From positions 32,001 to 96,000 of the forward strand of contig CAVRJY010000002.1 in the NCBI GenBank assembly GCA_963721805.1: a DNA stretch of 64,000 bases, given 5' to 3'. The position numbers were made by a program, and so were the translations under genes. Origin of the DNA: Nitrospirota bacterium (GTDB lineage: Bacteria; Nitrospirota; Thermodesulfovibrionia; Thermodesulfovibrionales; JdFR-86). Below are positions 41,918 through 51,548 of the stretch, piece by piece (position 1 is the stretch's first letter; the number at the start of each line of letters is the position of its first letter). A model generated the notes under the pieces. That model searched no databases. It saw nothing but the letters and a program-made list of their open reading frames with translations, and had not been told where the DNA came from.

Positions 41918-43216
41918 CTATAGTTTGTCCGTCCCCTCCATATGAGCCGAGAACATGCCCTTCAGGATGTTCGACGCGCAGAACTTGCCGCACATAGTGC
42001 AGGAGTCGGGCGAGTCCTCGCTCCGCTTTGCCTTGATCTCCCGTGCTCGCTCCGGGTCTATCGCAAGCTCCATCTGGCGCTTCCAGTCGATGTCGCGGCG
42101 GGCCTTGGACATCTCCTTGTCGCGGCCGCGCTTGCCAAGCTTGATCATGTCCCCGATATGGGCCGCGATCCTCGATGCCATCACGCCCTCGCGCACGTCC
42201 TCGGGGAACGGCAGACCGAGGTGCTCGGCCGGGGTGACATAGCAGATGAAGTCAGCGCCGAACGATGATGAGAGCGACGCGCCGATGGCGGCGGTGATGT
42301 GGTCATAGCCCGGCGCAACGTCTGTGGTGATCGGGCCGAGCATGTAAAACGGGGCCTCGCCGCTCATGCGCTTCTGCATTATCACGTTGGCCTCGATCTC
42401 GTCTATCGGAATGTGGCCCGGCCCCTCGACCATGGTCTGGCAGCCCATCTCTCTACCAAGTTCGGCGAGTTCGCAATTAATAAGCAGCTCCTGGATCTGC
42501 ACCCTGTCGCTGGAGTCGTGTATAGCGCCGGCCCTGAAGCCGTTTCCGAGGCTCAGGACGACGTCGTATTTCTTGAGCGTCTCTACGACCCTGTCGAATT
42601 TTTCGTAGAGGGGGTTCTCGCGGTCGTTGTGCATCATCCATGCGGTGAGGTACGAGCCGCCCTTCGAGACGAGCCCGCCGTAGCGGTATTTCTGGCGCTT
42701 CAGCATCTCTATCGTCATGCGGTTGATCCCGCAGTGTATCGCCATGAACGATACGCCCTCGCTGCACTGGCGTTCGAGCACGTCCCACAGAAGCTCCTCC
42801 GGCATATCGACCGCCGAGCCGTAGCGCTCGATAGCTGTGGCGAATGCCTCATATAGCGGGACAGTTCCCAGCGGCAGGCTGATCGCGCCCATGATCTCGC
42901 GCCGGACGCCTGCGATGTCGTCCCCGACGCTCAGGTCCATCAGCGTGTCTGCCCCGGCCCGCTCGGCCACGCGCGCCTTTTCCACTTCCATCTTGATGTC
43001 CGAGATCGCGGTCGACGTCCCGATGCTGGCGTTGATCTTGGTGCGCAGGCCCTTGCCGATGCCAAGGACATTGCACTTCGCGAGGTCGTTTGATGGGATC
43101 ACGATCTTCCCGGAGGCCACGCGCCGCCTGACTGTCTCGGGGTCGAGACCTTCGGCCTCTGCGACGGATACGATCTTGGGGGGCAGTCCGGATTGAGCGA
43201 GTTGAAGCTGAGTCAT
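41918..43216 (-). CDS. bzaF: 5-hydroxybenzimidazole synthase (ThiC paralog)
   Basis: ThiC-like with CTMCGKFC. Motifs YRYGGLVSKGG and SLGNG.RAGAIHD match Geobacter-type BzaF as I recall it; preceded by a B12 rather than a TPP riboswitch. Confidence 0.82.
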   Translation of the reverse strand: MTQLQLAQSGLPPKIVSVAEAEGLDPETVRRRVASGKIVIPSNDLAKCNVLGIGKGLRTKINASIGTSTAISDIKMEVEKARVAERAGADTLMDLSVGDDIAGVRREIMGAISLPLGTVPLYEAFATAIERYGSAVDMPEELLWDVLERQCSEGVSFMAIHCGINRMTIEMLKRQKYRYGGLVSKGGSYLTAWMMHNDRENPLYEKFDRVVETLKKYDVVLSLGNGFRAGAIHDSSDRVQIQELLINCELAELGREMGCQTMVEGPGHIPIDEIEANVIMQKRMSGEAPFYMLGPITTDVAPGYDHITAAIGASLSSSFGADFICYVTPAEHLGLPFPEDVREGVMASRIAAHIGDMIKLGKRGRDKEMSKARRDIDWKRQMELAIDPERAREIKAKRSEDSPDSCTMCGKFCASNILKGMFSAHMEGTDKL

Positions 43217-43387
43217 GAGGCACCTCTTTGAGCATGGGAATCCCTTGAACGATACGGATACTTGGGGAAGGTGAGCGGGTGTGCTCCGCCATTCCCGGTC
43301 CTCGCCAGGGGCCGCATTGCCTGAAAATCAGGTTGCGGCATAGGCGGTCATTTATCCCCGTGCGTTACCTCGCACGAGGTGGCCGTC

Positions 43388-43745
43388 TCTCCAGGCAGGT
43401 CTTCTGACTCCCGGTTCGTCCTACTCGTCCTGCCTTCCCGTCCTTTCGAACAGTGGCGTTGAACCTATCTCAAAATTGCTTCTGGCTGCAAGAGGCTGAA
43501 ATCGCGGGATACTGTGTCGTAAAGGGAAAAATCGTTCCTCGATGTAGCGCTGCTACACCTGCGTCCGATTTTTCCTTTACTCCTTGTCTGCCACGATTTC
43601 CCCTCTCTTTCGCTTCAGAATCAATTTTGAGACAGGTTCCGCTGAACTTTCGTCCCCGGTTACAGCGGCGGGACCGTCCCCGAATCCAACGGGGTTCCCT
43701 ATTAAGCCCCCGGTCTGAGATCAGACCGTATGGGCGCCTGGAGCA
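43388..43745 (-). ncRNA. Cobalamin riboswitch (with ~180-nt insertion)
   Basis: Minus strand: AATAGGGAA, GTCCCGCCGCTGTAA, GCCACTG, GGGAAGG and B12 box AGTCAGAAGACCTGCC. Confidence 0.92.
43461..43639 (-). repeat. RPE/CIR-like palindromic element inside the riboswitch
   Basis: Terminal IR GAACCTATCTCAAAATTG / CAATTTTGAGACAGGTTC; core AAATCGCG.GATAC...CCTC..GTA..TACAC...CCTTGTCTG..ACGATTT as in the other copies. Confidence 0.85.
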
Positions 43746-43871
43746 GAGATTATATGAAAAACCGGAGGACCAAAGCAAGATCGTATTTCAGCCCCCGGCG
43801 AGGCGGCCCCCTTCGGCGGGAAGAACTCTATGTTATTGACACTATTTCCTAAAGTTTGCTAAGGTTCTTAG

Positions 43872-44660
43872 ATGGGCAGAGGTATGTCTATTATATTATT
43901 GGCTGCCGCGGTTTTGCTGGCGGCAGCACAAGGGGCCTCTGCGGTGGACATCGCGGGGGTTCAGCCCACGTCTCCATACGGGATATTCTCCACGATAATG
44001 ACGAACTCCCCGGCCCAGGGCCACTCGGCCGTTAGCTTCGGCCTCGAGACCACGATCAAGCCCGGCTACACGCGGTTCGTGACCGGGCTCGCCACGGGCA
44101 TCACGGACACGATGGAGGCCGGCCTGACCATACCCTACATCAGCCGCCAGGGCGGCGGACTTGAGGACATCACGCTCAGCTTCAAGCACCGCGTGCTGGA
44201 GGAGACGGACTACACGCCCTCGGTCGCATATCTGCTGGACGCCGCGCTCGACTCCGGCGTGGAGGATTCCACTACCGACGGCGCGCTGGGCGCAGGCCTG
44301 CTGCTTTCGAAGCGCGCGGGGCCCTTGAGGGGCCATGTAAACCTCCTGTACAGCAAGCCGTTTCAGCCCGGCCTGCGCGGCGACGTGAGGTTTGCGGCAG
44401 GCGTGGATTTCTCCGCCAGCAACAGCTCGAAGCTCCTGGCCGAGTACGTCATGAGCAAGGGCTATGACTCCCCGAACTTCATCCAGGAGGGGGCGCGCTT
44501 CGGATACCGCTTCATATATGACGAAGGCGTTTTCACCACGGTCGGCATCGGGATGGACATCGGCCAGAGAGTACCCAACTACAGGGTGATCGCCTCGCTC
44601 TCGGTGCTGTTCCCGCGCGTCGGGCACATCATCGAGAAGGTCTACGAAGAGGGCAACTAA
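43872..44660 (+). CDS. Putative outer-membrane beta-barrel protein
   Basis: Signal peptide, amphipathic strands, G..DITLSFKHR motif. Confidence 0.6.
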   Translation: MGRGMSIILLAAAVLLAAAQGASAVDIAGVQPTSPYGIFSTIMTNSPAQGHSAVSFGLETTIKPGYTRFVTGLATGITDTMEAGLTIPYISRQGGGLEDITLSFKHRVLEETDYTPSVAYLLDAALDSGVEDSTTDGALGAGLLLSKRAGPLRGHVNLLYSKPFQPGLRGDVRFAAGVDFSASNSSKLLAEYVMSKGYDSPNFIQEGARFGYRFIYDEGVFTTVGIGMDIGQRVPNYRVIASLSVLFPRVGHIIEKVYEEGN

Positions 44661-44663
44661 GCC

Positions 44664-45179
44664 GTGTTCGATATAGGGTTTCAGGAGCTTATCGTGATAT
44701 TCCTCGTGGCGCTATTCGTGCTCGGGCCGGAGAAGCTCCCCGAGGCGGCCAGGTCCCTCGGAAAGCTGGTCGCACACCTGAAACGCTCCATGGGAGATCT
44801 CAAGTCCGAGATGGACAAAGAGATCAACGCAGCGAAATACACCGTCACCGAACACCAGGTCCCGAACCTCAGGGGCGAGCCTGTAACGCTCAAGAGCGTT
44901 ACCGAAAAAGAAGAGCCGTCCCCTCCTGCCGGAGACAAGGCCGCCGCAGATGTCAAGCCAGAGGGGTCCGAGACCCCAGTCGGGCCGCCCATTGACGGGG
45001 AGCCCGCTCCCGTAGAAAGGCCCGCTCCCGAGGCGCCTTTAGAGAAGGGGGCCGTCGCCCCCGCCCCCACCCGGCCCCAGACCTCTGCGTGGCCCACGGC
45101 AACGTCCGTCCAGCCGGAGCCTCACTCAGAGCAGCGGGAGCCTGAATCAGAAAAGCACGATGCGGAGGGGAAGGCCTGA
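44664..45179 (+). CDS. tatB: Twin-arginine translocase subunit B
   Basis: MFDIGFQELIVI..VLGPEKLP. Confidence 0.92.
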   Translation: MFDIGFQELIVIFLVALFVLGPEKLPEAARSLGKLVAHLKRSMGDLKSEMDKEINAAKYTVTEHQVPNLRGEPVTLKSVTEKEEPSPPAGDKAAADVKPEGSETPVGPPIDGEPAPVERPAPEAPLEKGAVAPAPTRPQTSAWPTATSVQPEPHSEQREPESEKHDAEGKA

Positions 45180-45970
45180 TGGCGGACGAGGCCAAGCTTC
45201 CGATCATGGGGCACCTGGCCGAGCTGCGGCGCAGGCTGTTTCAAAGCGCGGTGGCCATAGCGCTCCTGTTTACGGTCACCTTCACCTATTCGGAGTACAT
45301 CTTCCGCGCGCTAGTCCTGCCGATGTCGAGCGACGTCGAGTTCTCGACCTCAGCGCCCTTCCTGAAATTCGTCCCCCGCGAGGGAGGCATCTCGAAGCTC
45401 GTCTTCCTCGCCCCGGCCGAGGCCTTCTGGGCCCACATGAAGATCGCGCTGATCGCGGCCGTGATACTTTGCGTCCCGGTGCTGCTTTTCCATGTCTGGA
45501 GGTTCATCTCCCCCGGGCTGAAGGACGAGGAGCGCCGCTACGTGCTGCCGTTTATCGTGATCGGCACGGGGCTGTTCGTGGCGGGGGCGGCGTTTTGTTT
45601 TTTCCTCGTCCTGCCGTTTGCGATGAAGTTCCTGCTCACGTACAAGACCGAGAACATGACCGCGATGATCACGGTCGAGAAGTACGTGGACTTCACCCTG
45701 AAGTTCGTCCTGGCCTTCGGCATCGTCTTTGAGCTCCCTATCGTGCTCGTCTTCCTGACCCGCATGGGGATAGTCTCGACCGACACGCTCGCCAAGAACC
45801 GCAAGTACGCGGTGCTCGCCGCGTTCGTCGTCGCGGCCTTCCTGACGCCGACCCCCGACGCCTTCAACCAGACGCTGATGGCCGTGCCGATGATCGTGCT
45901 CTATGAGGGCGGCATCTGGGCCTCGCGCCTCATCGCGGCCGCCTCCAGGAAGAAGGCGCCAGCGCAATGA
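45179..45970 (+). CDS. tatC: Twin-arginine translocase subunit C
   Basis: Motifs HLAELRRRL, FISPGL, FELP and LTPTPD. Confidence 0.95.
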   Translation: MADEAKLPIMGHLAELRRRLFQSAVAIALLFTVTFTYSEYIFRALVLPMSSDVEFSTSAPFLKFVPREGGISKLVFLAPAEAFWAHMKIALIAAVILCVPVLLFHVWRFISPGLKDEERRYVLPFIVIGTGLFVAGAAFCFFLVLPFAMKFLLTYKTENMTAMITVEKYVDFTLKFVLAFGIVFELPIVLVFLTRMGIVSTDTLAKNRKYAVLAAFVVAAFLTPTPDAFNQTLMAVPMIVLYEGGIWASRLIAAASRKKAPAQ

Positions 45971-46239
45971 TACGCGGCAAGAACATAAAGATGGCCGTCA
46001 TCGACATAGCCGACGGCTATACGATAGTAAACCCCATACTCCTGAAGCCCCTCGACGACGAGACGCTCAAGGAGCTCTACGTCGGGCTCCAGAAGGCGAT
46101 GGTCGACATACGCCGCGAGAAGTTCCCTTTCCACGACTCCGAGGCCCTGAGGTTTCGGAACATGAAGCTCCAGAGGCTCAACACCTCCGCGATGGTCGTC
46201 AGGGCCTACGCGAAGACCAAGCGCATACTGCTGTTCTGA
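45967..46239 (+). CDS. Hypothetical protein
   Basis: ATGA overlap with tatC; host-like codon usage. Confidence 0.75.
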   Translation: MIRGKNIKMAVIDIADGYTIVNPILLKPLDDETLKELYVGLQKAMVDIRREKFPFHDSEALRFRNMKLQRLNTSAMVVRAYAKTKRILLF

Positions 46240-46301
46240 GGGCCTCACGCGGGCGGGTTTTCGTTGACACCCCAAGGTGTCTGATGCTATCGTTAATAAG
46301 A

Positions 46302-47987
46302 GTGGATAACCCTCTTGATGCATCAAAACAGGCGGAAAAACGCGAACTTTCGTGGGATGCCCACATGGTGCGGGATCTCATACAGTCGTTCCTGAAGGCG
46401 CGCAAGAACCTCAAGCTCTACCCCGAGAACAACCCCATATTCGTCAACACCATCGAGGACGTCTTCAAGCGCACCTCCGAGCTGCTCTCGGAACGCGACG
46501 GCATCACGCTGCGCATCACCCGAAACGAGATCCACTATAACGGCGAGCAGGTCTACGAGGGCTCGGGCAAGGACGACAACCTCGCGCTTTTCTTCTTCCG
46601 CGACGGCCTCAGGGAGCTGACGCTCAAGCCCGGTATCGAGAAGGCCGAGCTGAGACGGTTCCTGGACATCATCTCGGCCGACCTCGAACGCGAGAACGCC
46701 GAGGACGACCTCGTCACGCTGCTTTGGCAGAGCGACTTCAGCAGCATAACGTACAAGGTCGACGAGGCGCTGGTGCTTGAGGAGGACATGGGCTACGAGG
46801 AGAGCGCCACTGAGCAGGCCAGGGAGGGCGCGGACACCGGGGAGGGCATCAAGCAGGCATACGACGAGGCCAAAGCCGCGCCCGATCCCGCCGTGGACAT
46901 CCAGATCGCGCTGCTCACTGGCGAGGACCTCAAGTACCTCCAAGCCGAGATCGAGATGGACGGCGAGGACAAGACCGGCAAGGCGGTCGAGATAATCTTC
47001 GGCATGCTGGCCAAGACGACCACGGTAACCGAGATCAGGGATATGGCCCAGGTCCTGTGCAACGCGATCGACTACTGCATGCAGCAGGGCAACTTAAAAG
47101 CCCTTGCCCGGATCGTCACCCGCACGAAGGCCGCCATCGGCCGCATTCAAAACGACGAGGTCAGGGGCCTCCTGCGCACCGTCTCCGCCTACGCGTCCTC
47201 ACAGGGGACGGTGCGGGGGCTGGGCGTGCTCCTGGAGGCCGGCCGCACCGTCAACGAGGAGGCGCTCTCTGAGTACGTCGCGGTGCTGGAGCCCGGCGCG
47301 GTCGGATCGTTCATGGCGCTGTTGGGCGAGGTCAGGACGCCCTCGGTGCGCGAGATCATAATGAAGACGCTCGTCAGGATCGGCCGCGGCAACGTCGAGG
47401 CGGTCGCCCGCGGGCTCAAGGACAGGCGCGAGGGCTACGTGGCCGCGACCGTCAACCTGCTGCGCGCCATCGGCGGCAGGCAGGCGGCCGACAGCCTCAT
47501 GAGGTTCCCCATGCACCCGGACGCGCGCGTGCGGCGCGAGGTCGTGCGCGCGATAGGCGAGATCGGCGGCCCCGATGCCGCCGGCGCGATGATGCCCTAC
47601 CTCGACGACGCCGAGCCGGCCGTGAGGGCCGCGGCCGTCAGGGCGCTCGCGGCCAACGGCAGCGAGCTCTCGCGCATGGTGCTTATGACGCGCGCCTCCG
47701 ACAAGGGAGCGCTTTCGATGGAGTACGAGGATCTCAGGATCTATTTCGAGGCCCTCGCCAAGTGGCCGGACTCCGAGATGGTCGGGTTCATGGAAGGCAT
47801 ACTCAGGGAGTCGAGCCTTTTTAACCGCGCCAAGCGCGCCGAACTGAAGGCATGCGCCGCATACTCCCTGGGCCTCATGGGCGTGCCGGGGGCCGTGCCG
47901 ATCCTCCAGAAGTACGCGGGCTCCGGCAACAAGCTGATAGCCGACCAGGCGGGCATCGCGCTTAGGAGGTACGGCCATGGAAGATAG
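46302..47987 (+). CDS. HEAT-repeat protein
   Basis: C-terminal HEAT repeats (DARVRREVVRAIG, EPAVRAAAVRAL). GTG start inferred downstream of a TTGACA promoter at 46264. Confidence 0.8.
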   Translation: MDNPLDASKQAEKRELSWDAHMVRDLIQSFLKARKNLKLYPENNPIFVNTIEDVFKRTSELLSERDGITLRITRNEIHYNGEQVYEGSGKDDNLALFFFRDGLRELTLKPGIEKAELRRFLDIISADLERENAEDDLVTLLWQSDFSSITYKVDEALVLEEDMGYEESATEQAREGADTGEGIKQAYDEAKAAPDPAVDIQIALLTGEDLKYLQAEIEMDGEDKTGKAVEIIFGMLAKTTTVTEIRDMAQVLCNAIDYCMQQGNLKALARIVTRTKAAIGRIQNDEVRGLLRTVSAYASSQGTVRGLGVLLEAGRTVNEEALSEYVAVLEPGAVGSFMALLGEVRTPSVREIIMKTLVRIGRGNVEAVARGLKDRREGYVAATVNLLRAIGGRQAADSLMRFPMHPDARVRREVVRAIGEIGGPDAAGAMMPYLDDAEPAVRAAAVRALAANGSELSRMVLMTRASDKGALSMEYEDLRIYFEALAKWPDSEMVGFMEGILRESSLFNRAKRAELKACAAYSLGLMGVPGAVPILQKYAGSGNKLIADQAGIALRRYGHGR

Positions 47988-49371
47988 GGCCCTGCAGGAC
48001 CTCGCGCGCGACCTCATCAACCAGATCGCGGTCATGGTCAAGACCTCGCAGCTGCACGACCCCTCCAACGTTGCCGTAAAGAGCTCGATAGAGAAATTCG
48101 TGGCGCTCGCCGCAACGGCTACCGCTGAAGGCCCCTTCATGGTCGAACTGGTGGGGGAGTATTTCTACGCCGACGGCACGCGCATCAAGTACGCGATGGA
48201 GCTGATCGTGAACTTCGACTTCCTGATGCGCGAGTTCCGGAAGCACGCGATGGGGAGCATCACGTTTAACGGCCCGGTGACGGCCGACGAGATGGTCGTG
48301 TTCCTCAAGGCCTTCATAGCCACCGGGTTTGCTGCCGAGCCCTACGAGGAGCTCAGGGCCGCGCTCGAGGGGCTCCCGAACATAGAGATAGGCGTGATCA
48401 GGAAGGTCCGCGACGAGGACGGCGAGGTCGACATACGCAAGGCCGTGAAGTCCACTTATTTCAACGCGGTCACCCAGACGAAGGGCATGATGAACAAGAT
48501 CCGCAACGGCGAGCGCGTCGACGTAAAGCGCGCCAAGCGCATGATGCAGTCCGTCGTCGACATGCTGCTGTCGGAGGAGGAGACCCTCCTGGGCATGACC
48601 GCTATCAAGGACTATGACGACTACACGTTCCACCACTCGGTCAACGTGAGCATACTGTCCGTCTCGCTCGGGCAGAAACTCGGGCTGTCCAAAAACGCGC
48701 TTATGGAACTGGGGCTCGCGGCCCTGTTCCACGACGTAGGCAAGACCGAAGTCCCGGCCGAGGTGCTCAACAAGCCCACCTCGTTCACCGAGGAGGAGTG
48801 GGACATCATGCGCCGCCACCCGCTGTGGGGCGTGCGCGCGATACTGAAGATGAAGGGCTTCGACTCGCTCTCGGTGCGCGCCGCTATCGTAGCCTACGAG
48901 CACCACATACACCTCGACAACGCCGGATACCCGGAGAAGACCTACGCCGAGGGGCTTGACCTCTACTCCCGGATCATCAGCATCGCCGACCAGTACGACG
49001 CCGTGACCTCGGCGCGCGTATACTCGCGCACCCCGCTTCAGCCGGACAAGGCGCTGAGCCTGCTCGTGGAGCGCTCCGGGGTGCAGCTCGACGCGCGCCT
49101 GCTGAAGCTGTTCATCAACATGGTCGGCCTGTTCCCGGTCGGCTCGGGCGTCATGCTCGACACCGGCGAGATGGCCCTCGTCTTCGGCAACAACATGGCC
49201 TTCCCCACGCGCCCCAAGGTGATGATCATCGCAGATAGCAAGGGCAACAAGGTCCAGGGCAGGATGGCGGACCTCACCGAGAAGGACGCCGCTGGCGGCT
49301 ATAAGCACTCGATCTCAAGCACACTCGATCCCCACAAATACAAGATAAACCTCGCCGAATACATGCTCTAG
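47977..49371 (+). CDS. HD-GYP domain protein
   Basis: Motifs HSVNV, HDVGK, HH..LDNAGYP and ADQYDA. Confidence 0.9.
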   Translation: MEDRALQDLARDLINQIAVMVKTSQLHDPSNVAVKSSIEKFVALAATATAEGPFMVELVGEYFYADGTRIKYAMELIVNFDFLMREFRKHAMGSITFNGPVTADEMVVFLKAFIATGFAAEPYEELRAALEGLPNIEIGVIRKVRDEDGEVDIRKAVKSTYFNAVTQTKGMMNKIRNGERVDVKRAKRMMQSVVDMLLSEEETLLGMTAIKDYDDYTFHHSVNVSILSVSLGQKLGLSKNALMELGLAALFHDVGKTEVPAEVLNKPTSFTEEEWDIMRRHPLWGVRAILKMKGFDSLSVRAAIVAYEHHIHLDNAGYPEKTYAEGLDLYSRIISIADQYDAVTSARVYSRTPLQPDKALSLLVERSGVQLDARLLKLFINMVGLFPVGSGVMLDTGEMALVFGNNMAFPTRPKVMIIADSKGNKVQGRMADLTEKDAAGGYKHSISSTLDPHKYKINLAEYML

Positions 49372-49504
49372 GGGTGCCACGGGCACCTCTTACTCTCAGC
49401 AATCGGTCGACTGATTTCTAATTGGGGCAAGGTTGCCACGGAACTGGTGCTGCATGATGGGGTGCGCGGCCGAATAAGACAAAGTTTCGAGCTGAGGCCG
49501 CGGC

Positions 49505-51058
49505 TTAGGCTTCCGCCTTTTTCTTCTTCATCACGTAGAGCTGCTGCGAGATCGACAGCAGGTTGTTGACCAGCCAGTAGAGCACGAGCCCGGAGGCGAA
49601 GTTAAGGAACATGAAGGTGAAGATGACGGGCATGAGCATCATGACCTTCCGCTGGGTCGCATCTCCGGTGGCGGGGGTCATCTTCTGCTGCACTAACATG
49701 GAGACGCCCATCACGAGCGGCAGGACGTAGTAGGGGTCCTTCCCCGAGAGGTCGTGGATCCATAGCGCGAACGGCGCGCCGCGCAGCTCTATCGATACCA
49801 GCAGCACCTTGTAGAGCGCGAAGAACACCGGTATCTGCAGCAGCATCGGCAGGCAGCCGCCCATTGGGTTTACCTTGTGTTTCTTGTACAGCTCCATCGT
49901 CTCCTGCTGCATGCGGGCCGGGTCCTTGGCGAATTTTTCCTTGATCTCGGCCATCCGCGGCTGCAGGTCCTGCAGCCTGCGCATGGATTCCTGCCCCTTG
50001 TTGACTATCGGGATAAACGGGATGCGGATCAGGATCGTCAGTATGATGATGGACCAGCCGTAGTTGTGGACGAGGCCGTTTATGCGGTTGAGCATCCAGA
50101 ATATCGGGCGGGCGATGATCGAGAAAAACCCGAAGTCCACGATGCTCTCGATGCCGAGGTTGAGTTTCTTTAGGTTGTCGAGTTCCTTCGGCCCGGCATA
50201 GAGCGTGAAGTCGTACGAGCCGGTGCCCTGTGCCCCGAATATCCCGATCGCACCTTCTGCGCCCTTGCCCTTCCATACGCGCGCACCGCCAACGCTGGTG
50301 CCGGGCACGAGCGCCGAGAAGAAATACTTGTCCTCGAGCGCGACCCACTTAAGCGGGCCGGTCAGCGTCTCGGTCGTCTCGATCTTGCCTTCCTTGTACT
50401 CCTTGCGGTCGGTGTCCACCAGGGCTACCGGCCCGGTATGGAGGCTCTTGTCCGGCACGTTGATGCCGAGCGCGGTGCCGAGCGTGATCTCATACTCCGG
50501 GAGCCCGCGCACGTCGTCATGAATGTTGATCAGGTAGGAGTCCTGCTTGAACGTATATGTGCGCTGAACCGCCCGGCTGCTGTCAGAGAACTTGCATATC
50601 AGCGTGGCGCTCTCATGGCCCGGCCCGAGCGTGATGGCGTCCGGGGCGTCGCACTCAAACGGCTGCTCGGAGAGCGAGAAATCTTCCTTCGAGCCTATGG
50701 CGAGGGCCGGGGAGCCGTCATTGAGTATCGAGATCGGGCTGCCGTCGGGGTTCTGGAACTTCTTGAGCGTCATCGCGGTCATCGTGCCGCCGCGAGTGCT
50801 GAATGTTGCGGTGTAGAAGTCGGTCGAGACGGTGATCGAGCGGGCGGCTGGCGCGGCTGCCGCGGTGGCGTTCTGGACGCCCGTGGGCGGCGCAGTGGCC
50901 GCCGGGACCGTGAGCGCCGCGTTTGCGGGCGCGGCCGCGGGGGCGTTGACCGCCTGCGGTGACGCCTTCTGCACCGGGGCGCTCGGGATGTAGAAGTACT
51001 GGTATGCCAGGAGCACCAGGACAGAGAGTCCGACGGCTACCAGCGCCCTTCTTTCCAT
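49505..51058 (-). CDS. yidC: Membrane protein insertase
   Basis: Motifs YAGPK, NYGWSII, NPMGGCLP and LYWLVNN. Confidence 0.96.
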   Translation of the reverse strand: MERRALVAVGLSVLVLLAYQYFYIPSAPVQKASPQAVNAPAAAPANAALTVPAATAPPTGVQNATAAAAPAARSITVSTDFYTATFSTRGGTMTAMTLKKFQNPDGSPISILNDGSPALAIGSKEDFSLSEQPFECDAPDAITLGPGHESATLICKFSDSSRAVQRTYTFKQDSYLINIHDDVRGLPEYEITLGTALGINVPDKSLHTGPVALVDTDRKEYKEGKIETTETLTGPLKWVALEDKYFFSALVPGTSVGGARVWKGKGAEGAIGIFGAQGTGSYDFTLYAGPKELDNLKKLNLGIESIVDFGFFSIIARPIFWMLNRINGLVHNYGWSIIILTILIRIPFIPIVNKGQESMRRLQDLQPRMAEIKEKFAKDPARMQQETMELYKKHKVNPMGGCLPMLLQIPVFFALYKVLLVSIELRGAPFALWIHDLSGKDPYYVLPLVMGVSMLVQQKMTPATGDATQRKVMMLMPVIFTFMFLNFASGLVLYWLVNNLLSISQQLYVMKKKKAEA

Positions 51059-51059
51059 T

Positions 51060-51335
51060 TTATTTCATCCCCGGATCAGGCCTTAGATTTGTGCGGTTAG
51101 ATGGGATCTGCAAAAGCGGCACCGGGTCGTACCCGCCCGGGTGCCATGGATGGCAGCGCGAGATGCGGCAAATTGCCAGCCATGAGCCTCGAAGCGCACC
51201 GTGGCGCTCTATGGCCTCGCGGGCGTAGTCCGAACACGTGGGCGCGAACCTGCAGCTGCCCCCTAATAGCGGGGAGAGCAGGAGCTTATAAAGCCCGATG
51301 AGGAGTATGAGGGACTTCCTTGGCAGATTGGGCAT
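51060..51335 (-). CDS. yidD: Membrane protein insertion efficiency factor
   Basis: [10 protein letters not shown]...[14 protein letters not shown]. Confidence 0.95.
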   Translation of the reverse strand: MPNLPRKSLILLIGLYKLLLSPLLGGSCRFAPTCSDYAREAIERHGALRGSWLAICRISRCHPWHPGGYDPVPLLQIPSNRTNLRPDPGMK

Positions 51336-51364
51336 GGGGGAGCGTGGCGGTGAGAGACGGAGCG

Positions 51365-51505
51365 CTACAGCGAGAGCCTTCTACGGCCCTTTGCGCGCCT
51401 TCTCCTGATGACCTCGCGTCCGCCCGGCGTGCGCATCCTCTTGCGGAACCCGTGGACCCTGCTCCTTTTCTTCTTGTGCGGATTGTATGTTGTGTATGCA
51501 GGCAT
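51365..51505 (-). CDS. rpmH: 50S ribosomal protein L34 (absent from ORF track)
   Basis: [46 protein letters not shown]. Confidence 0.96.
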   Translation of the reverse strand: MPAYTTYNPHKKKRSRVHGFRKRMRTPGGREVIRRRRAKGRRRLSL

Positions 51506-51548
51506 AGTTCGATACTATAATCTCCGGCCCCCCGGAATGTCAACCGGG

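Noticed and set aside
49372..49504. Intergenic segment between HD-GYP and yidC as an ncRNA
   Set aside because: Only short hairpins and no recognisable family motif.
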